This document shows positions 18,134 through 28,166 of a stretch of 64,000 nucleotides of DNA, one piece after another. The number at the start of each line of letters is the position of its first letter. Positions within the stretch are counted from its first letter, which is position 1. The notes beneath the pieces are model-generated. The model did no database searches and was not told where the DNA came from. It was given only the letters and a program-made list of their open reading frames with translations. Both the position numbers and the translations under genes were made by a program. The stretch comes from an uncultured Chthonomonadaceae bacterium (GTDB lineage Bacteria > Armatimonadota > Chthonomonadetes > Chthonomonadales > Chthonomonadaceae): the NCBI GenBank assembly GCA_963835065.1, contig CAWIEK010000015.1:1-64000 (forward strand), in the 5' to 3' direction.

Positions 18134-20367
18134 CACATTGGGCAAAAACAGGATTCAAGATAACACTTGAGGCACACGTTCAGCATCTTCTCGACGAACG
18201 AGATATTATGCTGCCGTTTCGGGCGTTCGTGGTGCAGAAGTACCACGAACGCACCGCGCGCCATCTTGACAAAATGCTGCACCGCAGCATTCTCTGGCAT
18301 GATGAGGGCAAGAAGGACGAGCAGTGGCAAAAACACTGTCGCAGCAATTCTCTGCAACTGGCAAAGGTGCGGCATGAATTGGTGTCGCTTGTCGCCATGC
18401 ACAAAGCCAAAGTGGACGCTTCGCCTCCAGTCCGCGCCGCCATTGCCGCACATCACGGCAAACTTGGTTTTCAGCATGAGGAGCGCTGGCTTGAGCGACC
18501 GGAGTTCAAGGAGTACAATCTTTGGACGCAGTACCGACAAATGGGCGACCGCTTAGACACGCTGGAAGAAGCAATATGCAAACGCTATGAATTCGACGGG
18601 CCGCGTTCATGGCTGCAAATGGCAGACCATCGCGCCAGCGCAAAGGAAGGAGGCGAAACACTTGTAGCATTTCGTGAGTTTTCTTATACCTTCCCCTTCA
18701 AAGGCAAAGAGCGGGGCGTTCAAAAGAAAGTGAAAGAGTTATGGGACGAGCCATTCGCAATTCTGCGCGCGCCAACGGGCGCGGGCAAAACCGATGCGGC
18801 CCTGCTATGGGCACAGCATCAAATAGAGTGCGGACGGGCAGACAGACTTGTAATTGCTATGCCTACGCGCTTTACGGCAAAGTCCCTTGCCATCAGCAAA
18901 CCCGAAGAAATTAGTTCACGCGGCCTGTACCATTCCACTTCGCGCTTTGTGCATCGGGCTGAAAGTAAGCCGGATGAGCAGGCGCAAAAGCAGGCAAATA
19001 AAGAACAGGACATGGCGCGGCTGCTGGAAACGCCAATCACTGTCACAACATTGGATCATCTGTGTATCTGCCTGACAGCCACCCGTGAAGACCATCACAG
19101 CATCTTCTTTAGTCTGGCGCATAGCTGCGTCGTGATTGACGAGGCTGACTTTTATGACGAGTTCACGCAGCAAAATATGGTGGTTCTGCTGACGGCCTTG
19201 CGCCTGCTGAAAGTTCCCGTTTTGCTGATGAGCGCGACCGTGCCTGACTCAGCCCGCCAACTCTATGAAACTTCAGGGTTTGTCGTTCCACGCATCCACG
19301 AGGATACAAGCGACAGCGAACGAGTACGCTGCCGCCTAACGCGCATGGGCCGTGTTGCCGAACCTGGCGACATTGCTTCCACTTTGCAGCGAGCGCTTAA
19401 TGGTGAGCCTACCATAATCTATGCGAATACGGTACGCCGCGCCCAAGCCTATTACCATTGGTTCAAAGCGCAGAACGCAAGTTTACAAAAGAGCATGTTG
19501 TCTGCTACCACAGCCGCTTTACGGAACCAGATAAAAATCGCAAAGAAGAGATACTTGTCGGAATGTTGGGTAAAGAAGCATGGGAAGGGAACAAAGCGCA
19601 TGGCGTTGCCATTCTCACGCAAATTGGCGAACTAAGCGTGAACATCAGCGCCGATTTAATGATTTCTGACTTGTGCCCGATTGATCGTATCGCGCAGCGC
19701 GTCGGGCGGTTGGCGCGATTCCACGACAAAGGTGGCGAACTGTTCCTTGTAGAGCCTTATCGCATTGACAAGAACGGGAATGCTGAGTTGTACCCTGCGC
19801 CTTACGGCGAATGGCGCAACGGCTGGATTGCTTCTGAGGCCCTTACGACATCGGACAAATTGCTGAAAGATGGAGAGTACACAGCGCGAAAGTTTGTCGA
19901 GTTAGTGGATACGCTTTATCCGACAACGAAGGCTGAGTTGCCGGAGCGGGTTCGGCACAACAAGCGCGAACTTAATCAGCTTATTATGACAAACTGGCTG
20001 CTGTTGCCAAAAGAAGCTAACAAGCAAAAAGACGAAATGGAAGAGGAGCGCACGGAAACATGGGCCAGCCGTGATATACCGCCGCAACGTACTCTTTACA
20101 TCGGCTCATCAGGTATCAGGAGTTGAAGCGGAAAGTGGCGATGATGAACCGCAATCTTGGGCAAAATTTCGGGAGTTTCAATTACAGCACGGCGTTCAGT
20201 GCCATGTATATGAATTCAACAAAGCAGTAGAAACGGGTTTGCTGCAAGAATCACGAGACAAAGCCGTGTTCATGCTTGGCAGAGGCCATCAAGAAGAAAT
20301 CTGGACAGTACCTCCCCGTTACTACGATTTTGAAACGGGTTTACACTTGACGGAAGAAAGCGACTAA
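18130..20367 (+). CDS. cas3: Cas3 HD nuclease-helicase (frameshifts near 19480 and 20105)
   Basis: HD motif WHDEGK, AHHG, APTGAGKT, DEAD box, SAT, QRVGRLAR across three frames. Confidence 0.92.
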
Positions 20368-20371
20368 ACGC

Positions 20372-20895
20372 ATGGAGAACCTACCGGAACAGCGGATTAG
20401 CGGGACGGAGGTGCATTACTATGTGCTGTGTCCGCGCAAGCTGTGGTGGTACAGTCATGGGATGGAGCAGGAACACGTGACGGGCGCGTGGGGCAGGAGA
20501 ACGTCGCGCTCGGCACGCTGCTGCATGAGGAGAGCTACCCCGACAAAGCCCGCAAGGACATCCTCATTGACGGCCTGATCCGGCTGGACTTTACGGACGA
20601 CGGCAAGGTTCACGAGATCAAGAAGAGCAAGGGCGGCGAAAAGGCCACGCTGTACCAGATTCTCTACTACCTCTACTACCTCAAGCACGTCAAGGACATC
20701 GAAACGACGGGCATGATTGACTATCCGCAGCAGAAGCGCCGCGAAGCCGTCACGCTCACGCCCGCTTATGAAGCCGACATCGAACAGATACTCGCGGGCG
20801 TCCAGACCATGCGGGAACAGCCTGCGCCGCCCCCGGTTCCCAAGCCCATGAGCCTGTGCAAGCAGTGCGCTTATCAGGAGTTGTGCTGGGGATGA
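20372..20895 (+). CDS. cas4: Cas4 (frameshift near 20485)
   Basis: YYVLCPRKLWW, IRLD…EIKKS, C-terminal CKQCAYQELC Fe-S cysteines. Confidence 0.92.
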
Positions 20896-20899
20896 GGAA

Positions 20900-21027
20900 G
20901 GGTATTGGGTATTCGGGTGTTGGGTGTCGGCCATTGCGCTTTGTCTGTGTTCTATCCTGTTTGCACGCATAATAGAATCAGCTGTCGAACCGTCGGCGCG
21001 AATACCGACACCCGACACCGAATACCG
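20900..21027. repeat. Inverted heptamer-array element (GGGTATT/GGGTGTT … AATACCG/GACACCC)
   Basis: Degenerate tandem 7-mers in inverted arms between cas4 and cas1. Confidence 0.6.
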
Positions 21028-21049
21028 TCATCCTGAAAGGCAGGATGCT

Positions 21050-22252
21050 GTGAAAAACTACTATCTGCTGAGCAATGGACGTTTGCGCCGCCAGTCCAAC
21101 ACCCTGGTTATGGAGGGCGCGGACGGCCAGAAGAAGCCGATCCCCATTGAGGACGTGGACAGCCTCTACCTGTACGGCGAAGTGGACCTCAACACCAAAG
21201 CTCTTACCTTCCTGTCCAGCAAGAAAATCCCGCTGCACGTCTTCAACTACTACGGCTTCTACAGCGGCAGCTACTATCCCCGCGAGTACCTCCATTCCGG
21301 CTACCTGCTGGTGCATCAGGTGAAGCACTATGCCGATGATGCGCGGCGCATGACGCTGACGCGGGAACTGGTACGCGCGTCGGCCCATTCCATGCTGCGC
21401 AACGTCGCCTACTACAGCAACCGGGGCAAGGGCGCGGCAGGCGCGGGCAGTGACGAAGACCCGGAGCCGACGGGCGAGATCGGCACGGAAACCCCGCTCG
21501 AACCCGCCGTGCCCCACGATGCCGAATTGGAAGCCGCTGTGGACGCCAGCGACACCCTTGCTGCGGCACAAGACAACGGGACTGTGCCCGCGCCTGAAGC
21601 CGATCCGTTCGAGCCGAACATCGTCTTTGAGGAGGAGGTCACGCCGCTTGCGCAAATTCGCGCCACCATCACCAACCTTGCCGGCCTGATTGACAAGCAG
21701 GAGAAGGTCAACGATCTGCGGGGCGTGGAAGGCAAGATGCGCGAGCGCTACTATCAGGCGTGGCAGCACATTCTGGGCGGCGAGTGGGCCTTTGACCGCC
21801 GCGTCCGCCGCCCGCCCGACAACGAGGTGAACGCGCTGATCTCCTTCGGCAACTCCGTGATCTACACCGCCTGCCTGAGCGAAATCTACCGAACGCAGCT
21901 CACGCCCACGATTTCCTACCTGCACGAGCCGGGGGCGCGGCGTTTCTCCCTCGCGCTGGACCTGTCCGAAATCTTCAAGCCCCTGCTCGTGGATCGCGCC
22001 ATCTTCCGCCTGCTCAACACGGGGCAGTTGAAGCCGGAGCATTTCGACCGTTCACTGGGCGGCTGCTATCTGACGGAGGCGGGCAAGCGCCTGTTTCTGG
22101 GCGCGCTGGAGGAACGGCTGAACGCGACGATCAAGCACCGGCGGCTGGGGCGGCATGTTTCCTATCGTCACCTGATCCGCCTGGAGTGCTACAAGCTGAT
22201 CCGGCATCTGACGGACGTAGAACCCTACCACGCCTTTCGCGCCTGGTGGTAG
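21050..22252 (+). CDS. cas1: Cas1, type I-B-like, with an acidic internal insertion
   Basis: HVFNYYGFYSGSYYPRE, RRPPDNEVNALISFGNS, SYLHEP, LDLSEIFKP, ends FRAWW. Confidence 0.95.
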   Translation: MKNYYLLSNGRLRRQSNTLVMEGADGQKKPIPIEDVDSLYLYGEVDLNTKALTFLSSKKIPLHVFNYYGFYSGSYYPREYLHSGYLLVHQVKHYADDARRMTLTRELVRASAHSMLRNVAYYSNRGKGAAGAGSDEDPEPTGEIGTETPLEPAVPHDAELEAAVDASDTLAAAQDNGTVPAPEADPFEPNIVFEEEVTPLAQIRATITNLAGLIDKQEKVNDLRGVEGKMRERYYQAWQHILGGEWAFDRRVRRPPDNEVNALISFGNSVIYTACLSEIYRTQLTPTISYLHEPGARRFSLALDLSEIFKPLLVDRAIFRLLNTGQLKPEHFDRSLGGCYLTEAGKRLFLGALEERLNATIKHRRLGRHVSYRHLIRLECYKLIRHLTDVEPYHAFRAWW

Positions 22253-22353
22253 GCGCGTGCCCATCAGGCAATCGTGACGTCGGGGTCCTGGCAAGCCCTC
22301 CGGCCAACGAGGGAAACGACCGGGGACAACAGGGCGCACAAGGAGGAAGAGCG

Positions 22354-22617
22354 ATGTACCTCATCGTGGTGTATGATGTGGGCGAAGAGCGCGTGGGCAA
22401 AGTATGCAGGTATCTGAAGCGCTATCTGCCGCGCGTCCAGAACTCCGTCTTTGAAGGCGAACTGAGCGAGGCCAAGCTGGCCGCTATGAAAGCCGGCCTG
22501 TACAAGTGTCTCGATCCGCGCGAGGACTCCGTGCTGCTGTGGGTCATGCGCGATGCGCGCTGGGTAGACCGCCAGATCATGGGCAATGAAAAACTCCCCG
22601 TTTCCAACTTCCTCTGA
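22354..22617 (+). CDS. cas2: Cas2
   Basis: MYLIVVYDV…VQNSVFEGEL; SD AGGAGG. Confidence 0.95.
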   Translation: MYLIVVYDVGEERVGKVCRYLKRYLPRVQNSVFEGELSEAKLAAMKAGLYKCLDPREDSVLLWVMRDARWVDRQIMGNEKLPVSNFL

Positions 22618-22726
22618 CGACGCTTGCCGTGCCGTTCCCCTTGTTCTGCCTGCCCCGGTGTTTTCACTGTCGCAGCGCAGCGCCTTCTGTTGTGTTGCCG
22701 CGTTCTGTACCCATCCCCGGCAGCTT

Positions 22727-25700
22727 TTAAAGCTGCGCGTTGGCAAAGAGCCAGTCATCCACCGGGGGGATATAACCGGGGCGTCCCAGATTGCCTAAAT
22801 TTGACACGCCCTGCAAAACATTCCCCGTGACAGCCGACGCTTTGCCGCCACTCCCCGGCAGGAAGTACAGACTGTTGCTGGCCGGCAGGAAGTACAGCCT
22901 GTTGCCGTCCGTACTCGGTGACGGATTCTCATTGATGAAAAAATTTCCCGTAATCGCGTTGCGCTCGGTCATCAGAATAAACGCTGTCGGCACACTAGAA
23001 GAGCGATTCCGCAGCCGATTTTCGCCGAGCGTCAGCGTACTTCCCTTATCCTGCGCATCGTCCCATACCAACAGCGCGAGACTGGAAGCGGTGTTACGTC
23101 CAGCCACATCAATTTCGTTGCCCGTCAGGTTCAGAACGAGACGCAGCCCATGCCGGGCCTCTTCCGCCGCAATCAACCGATCAAAAAGCGGCAGCGCTGT
23201 GTTCAAGACCGTGAACTGCCCCAACAGCGAGTTGGTCAGGGCGGCATCGGTGGCAGGCCGGCTTATCCCGTGCGTGATAGGAACTTTTTCCACAACCGTA
23301 ATGGGAGCCTTCTCCACAATGGCTGTCTCTGGAGCCTTCTCCACAGCGGTTGTTTCGGGAGTCTTCACGCTTGATGCCGCGCCGCCTTCCGTACTGTTGG
23401 CGACAAACTCCTGAATCGGCCTGGCCTCGGCTTTCAGGGACAGAAGCGCTTTGTCCAGGAACGCCTGGCCGGGCGGAGGCGCTTTCGCTGTTTTCGCGTC
23501 CGCCTTGACTGTTGTTTTCGGGCTTGATTTGGGCGCTGCGGCGGCGAGTCTGACAGTGAACTCCGGCGGCACAGGGTAGCTTCGCGCCAGCGTCAGGCCG
23601 ATCTGAAGGATTGGCTGCTGGATTGTGGCGAGAATTCGGGCGTGAATCTCCTGCGCGCTGTTCAAGCGCGTTTTGGTGACGGTGGCGCGATTGAGAAAGG
23701 CCACATCGGTCAGGGCGCGCAGGGACAGCAGCCAGAACCCGGCTTCGCAGTCGCGCACAGTGTTGGCGCGATAGGTGATGGTTTCGGCGTCGGCATAAAT
23801 CAGCGTGGCAATCGAAAGCCCCTGAAATAGATTGTCGCTGAATGTCGCATCCTGCAAAAGCGAGCGCGTCAGCGCGTAAGGGACGGCAGTATTCGCGCGC
23901 GCGGATGTGGCTTTCAATGTGGGTTTCTGCGTTTTGTCCGCGGCCGGGCGCGTAACCGCGGGAGCCAGCAAATACCCGATTAACAAGCGCAGCGGCCTTG
24001 CGCCTCCGTGCAGGTAATCCTCATCATGCAGGAAGCGATTCTGCTGTACGCGCAGCCCCCAACATTCGCTGCCGGCGAAGATGCCGACCCCAAAAACATT
24101 GCGTCCCCTGTCGTCACTCCCCACCTGCAGCGAGAACCGAAACAGACAATCGCGGATTTCCAGATTGGCGCAGTGCAGAGGGCGCACTCCGATAGAAACG
24201 TGCAAGCCGGGGAGGAGGCTATTCAATTGTTTCGTGGTCGCCGGGGACTCTACGCGCGCCAGCGTTTTACGCGCGGCGGCAAACGGAACCTGTGGCAATT
24301 CAAAGCGCAGCCCGCGTATCGTGATGTTGTTGGCGTGGGTCAGGACGAGCAGGCCGTCGAAGAAAGCGGCATTTTGTTCGTCTTTGGCCTGCAGGATAAC
24401 GCCGTCATGGCAGGCTTCCAGCGTGATGTTGGAATGTTCCGGCCCCAATCGCAGCGGGGCGGGCAGCGCGTAAACGCCCGGCATGAAGCAGACAGTAACC
24501 TGTCTTTTGGCCGGCTCGGAACTTCGGAAGCCGTCCAGAATAGCTTGCAGATTGGGCGCGTCTTCGGCCCGGACACTGATCGCGCAGCAGCCGCTCGCCC
24601 GCTTTTTCGATAGTTCCACGATGGTTTCGAATTGTTCGCGGCAATCGGTGACTACGGCCTGTCTGGGACCCGTCCACGCGATTACGGCGAGCGGGCAAAC
24701 CCATTGACGCGGGCCTGTCGGCGGCTGCGGAGCGGCGAGAAACGCCTGGGGATAGACCATCTGCGGGGTACGCGGGCGGACGGCGAAAGCCCAAAAGTCG
24801 CCGGGCTGAAAACCTGTGCCGGTCAGCGTGATTTGCAGCCCCGTTTCGCCAAGCGTTGTGGCTGCGCCCGCCGTCGCCGTCGCCATCGTTTCCCAGACGC
24901 GCAGAAAGAGCGGCGCGTTGACGGGGGTTTGTTGCGCCGGGTCATACATAGGGAACGGAAGCGGCGGGGCAATCGTCACGGCCTGGCCGTCCGGTTGGTA
25001 ATTCGCCACTGCCGACACAAACCCGGCAGACTCCGCCACGAACTGCCCGTTGCTTAATTGCGATGCGGCCCGCAGTACCTCTATGGCCTGCCCGTGCCGG
25101 GGATTGTGAAAAGCGTCGGGCGGCGGCGACAGCAAATTCAGGTTCGTTGAATTAATCACGTTCACGCGATACAGAAACGAGGCGTTGTCGAACCCCCATA
25201 CGAACGTGACGGCGTTTGTATTCGGATTGTAGGCAACGATCTGGACGCGAATCAACTGGTTGTCCGCGCCGAGATAGCCGTCCTGCGCCGTTGGCTCGCA
25301 TGGGTCGGGCGTGGGCGCGATCTTTTGGAGGCTCACCCGCAATCGCGCCTGCGAACGCAGCCGCATGGTTCCGCTTTCCAGTTCCAGCCCCTGAAGTTTC
25401 CACGCGGCTTCCAGTTCGGCCAGCGCGGCGGGGCAGTCCGCGCCCCCGGTAGCAAGCCGCCGGACGCGCTGGAGGATTCGCGCGCGCTGCGCGGTGTCCG
25501 GCCCGCCCAGCGCGACTTCCCGCAGGTCCGCATCTTCCACAGCGCTGACTTCCTGCTCGCGCAGCGAAAGATAAACGAACTCTTGTTTCGGCGGCGTCGG
25601 CAGAATGGGGTCGGGGCCGTCAATCCAATCGGGCTGTTTGAAGTAAAAGGCACGGGTGGGCAATGTCACGCGCTCGCCGCCCACGTACATCACGCCTTTA

Positions 25701-25933
25701 TCAATGCTGAAATCGTAATCCTGATTGCCGGGAACGGCGATTTTGTAGCCGTTGCCCACAGCGGGCGTCCCGACAGGCCCGATGATGTCCTGCGCATCGG
25801 CGCGCAGAGCTTCTTCGGCAATCGCCTGCGCCTCGTTCCAGTCGGCTTCCAGCGTCACCCGGCCCTGCTGCATCACAACGGAGCGGTATTGCTGATCCGG
25901 GGCATAGGTGATTCTGGCTTTATCGCTGCTCAT
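22727..25933 (-). CDS. DUF6519-like eCIS protein with beta-helix C-terminus (fibre/receptor-binding candidate)
   Basis: VVMQQGRVTLEADWNE, GYLGADNQLIRVQI, GDFWAFAVRP; Asn-ladder beta-helix-like repeats. Confidence 0.75.
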   Translation of the reverse strand: MSSDKARITYAPDQQYRSVVMQQGRVTLEADWNEAQAIAEEALRADAQDIIGPVGTPAVGNGYKIAVPGNQDYDFSIDKGVMYVGGERVTLPTRAFYFKQPDWIDGPDPILPTPPKQEFVYLSLREQEVSAVEDADLREVALGGPDTAQRARILQRVRRLATGGADCPAALAELEAAWKLQGLELESGTMRLRSQARLRVSLQKIAPTPDPCEPTAQDGYLGADNQLIRVQIVAYNPNTNAVTFVWGFDNASFLYRVNVINSTNLNLLSPPPDAFHNPRHGQAIEVLRAASQLSNGQFVAESAGFVSAVANYQPDGQAVTIAPPLPFPMYDPAQQTPVNAPLFLRVWETMATATAGAATTLGETGLQITLTGTGFQPGDFWAFAVRPRTPQMVYPQAFLAAPQPPTGPRQWVCPLAVIAWTGPRQAVVTDCREQFETIVELSKKRASGCCAISVRAEDAPNLQAILDGFRSSEPAKRQVTVCFMPGVYALPAPLRLGPEHSNITLEACHDGVILQAKDEQNAAFFDGLLVLTHANNITIRGLRFELPQVPFAAARKTLARVESPATTKQLNSLLPGLHVSIGVRPLHCANLEIRDCLFRFSLQVGSDDRGRNVFGVGIFAGSECWGLRVQQNRFLHDEDYLHGGARPLRLLIGYLLAPAVTRPAADKTQKPTLKATSARANTAVPYALTRSLLQDATFSDNLFQGLSIATLIYADAETITYRANTVRDCEAGFWLLSLRALTDVAFLNRATVTKTRLNSAQEIHARILATIQQPILQIGLTLARSYPVPPEFTVRLAAAAPKSSPKTTVKADAKTAKAPPPGQAFLDKALLSLKAEARPIQEFVANSTEGGAASSVKTPETTAVEKAPETAIVEKAPITVVEKVPITHGISRPATDAALTNSLLGQFTVLNTALPLFDRLIAAEEARHGLRLVLNLTGNEIDVAGRNTASSLALLVWDDAQDKGSTLTLGENRLRNRSSSVPTAFILMTERNAITGNFFINENPSPSTDGNRLYFLPASNSLYFLPGSGGKASAVTGNVLQGVSNLGNLGRPGYIPPVDDWLFANAQL

Positions 25934-25959
25934 AGCGTCTCCTGTAATTACGGTAAGAT

Positions 25960-28166
25960 TTACGTCGCGTAAATCAGAATGGGAACCAACCCCAACGGCA
26001 TATACTCGTCGTATTTAATCAGCAGGCTTCGCGCCTTGACCCCGTTTTTTTCGCGGGCGAACGCGCCCATTTCCGAGCCGTCTTCCGCGCCGGCGGTTAG
26101 GACCGCGCCCGTCGCGCCGGACAAAATAGCGTTGTCAGCATCCTCCCGCAACTGCGCATACGCCGCTTCGCCGAACGCGCGGGAGTTGAACAGGGAAGTG
26201 TGGGGCGCGATTTCCACGCTTTCATAGGGGCCGGGCAGGTGGCTTCCCGTCGCCCAGGCGCTGAACCGCACACAGCCATGCTGCGCGTCCGCGACGGTTA
26301 CAACGTCGTCGAGCAGGCAGTCGCTTGCATACAGCCGATCCAGGATTGCCGCGCCGAGCAGGGTGCAGCGGGTCAAAACGGCCTCGCCCGTCGCCATTTC
26401 CAGCGCTTTTTCAGCATGGAGCGCCTGAACAATGCTGTCGGTAATCGTGAGCGTTTCTATCTCCCCGCCGTTACGGGCGCGAATCGGACCGGCAATGCAG
26501 CGGTCAAGAACAAGTTCGCGGACCCGCCCTTCAACGTTGAGATGACACGGAACCAGCAGCCTGCCGTCCGCTGCGGGCGCGAAGCCGGCCCCCAATTCGC
26601 TGCCGGGATCGAGCGTACAGCAGGACAGGGAGACGCGGGCAAACGCGCCCCGCAACGTGATGTCTCCGCCGCTGATGAGCAGCCCGTCCAATACGAGTTC
26701 GCTGCCGTCTGCCCCCGTGAATGTCCAGCCCGCCGGGTCGGGTGGCGGGGCGGGCAGGCGCAGAACCGGGCGGCGGAAATTTTCGGCGCGCAATGCCAGG
26801 CTTTGCGCGACGGCGATATTGCGCGCCTGCGTATAGGTCAGCGAATCGGCGATAACGCGGGTGTCTGTGGGCGCGAGGACGGCCAATTTATGCGTCGAAT
26901 TTGCTGCCGCCGCCTGTGACCGTCTGCGCGGCAGTGGGCGTCGCGCCAATCGGGTCGCCCAAAACACGGCGGTCATACGGCCCCGCCCCAATCCGCGAAG
27001 CGAAACCGTAATGGTACGTGACAAACAGCGGGTCGGCGGGCGGATTGACAATCCGCAGCATCCCGCGCTCCGGGGTGAGAACCACGCCCCTCATTCCCGC
27101 CGGATCGCCAGCGAGTTCCTCAATGCGGGTCACATAATGGGCGTCAAGGGCGATGTAATCGTTGCCCGGCTTCAGGAACACGCCGAGCGAGTGTAGGTCG
27201 GATTTTCCTATGAGAGTGTTTGTAACGGCGAGAAAAGGCATCGAAACGGGCTGGCCCGCGCCTGTTTCCTGCCGCGCCTGTGCGAGAACGGCGGCAAGCA
27301 GCGCGCTCCGAATCGGCGCGGGCATCTGCCACTCCTGCGGCGAAACCCAGTTTGCGCCATAGGATGTGCCCGCCTGCCGGAACCCGGCTGCGAACAGCGC
27401 GATTTCCCGGCCCGTCGGGTCGAAAACGTACTGGCCGGGACAGCCTTTGACGGGAACCGGAGTGGTCCAGTCCACGCCGAAACTGTTCAGCCGCCACAGA
27501 AAAACGCCGAAATGGGAGATGTTCGTCCAGCCGGTTCTGCCGCGCCCGCGCCGCACATCCGCGCTGTAGAAAAACTCGTCGAAGGCCGAACCTGTTGCGG
27601 TCGCGCCGTCGTCATTGCGCAGGTCCGCCCAGCCGCCGATGCGCGTCTGCGTTCTTGCCCCGATCAGCCCTTCCGCCTGCTGGAGCCGACGCGCCGATTC
27701 TTCGCTCGGCATCGGGCGTGGCATCCGGCGCGAAATCGGGGTCCAGGCCGTGCCGCGTTCGTCCCAACCGCCGAAAGAACTCCACCACGCGGGCGTCCCA
27801 GCCCGTAATGTCCACAGCAAGCTCTTCGAGCAGCCCGACGGTTCCCTTGCGCCGCCGATAGTAGATGGTTTTGGCGACATCAACCCGCTGCCCGCGCGCA
27901 TCCAGGTTGGAAACAAGCCGCGTCGCCAGCAAATCGGCGATATAGGGGATCAGCCAGTCATCGCAGGTTTCGATGGACTGGTCTTCCCACAGCCGATCCA
28001 TGCTGCGCCGCACAATGGCGGCCTGCGCGCCGATACGGTTGACGAGTTCGCGCAATGGCCCGTTGTGGTCGAAGCGGTCGGTGTCTTCGGCCCGGTACAC
28101 GGCGGGCAGCAGCAGCCAGAGTTTGTCGGCGTAATAGGCTTCGTAATGGTCGCGGTCAGCCTGCAT
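25960..28166 (-). CDS. eCIS baseplate/tail protein (P2 gpI-like; frameshifts near 27700 and 26890)
   Basis: LLPAVYRAED, IETCDDWLIPYIADLL, RRRKGT…LE, C-terminal DGSEMGAF…EYMPLG. Confidence 0.75.

Noticed and set aside
22618..22726. Expected CRISPR leader and array after cas2
   Set aside because: No repeats present; the eCIS gene ends at 22727
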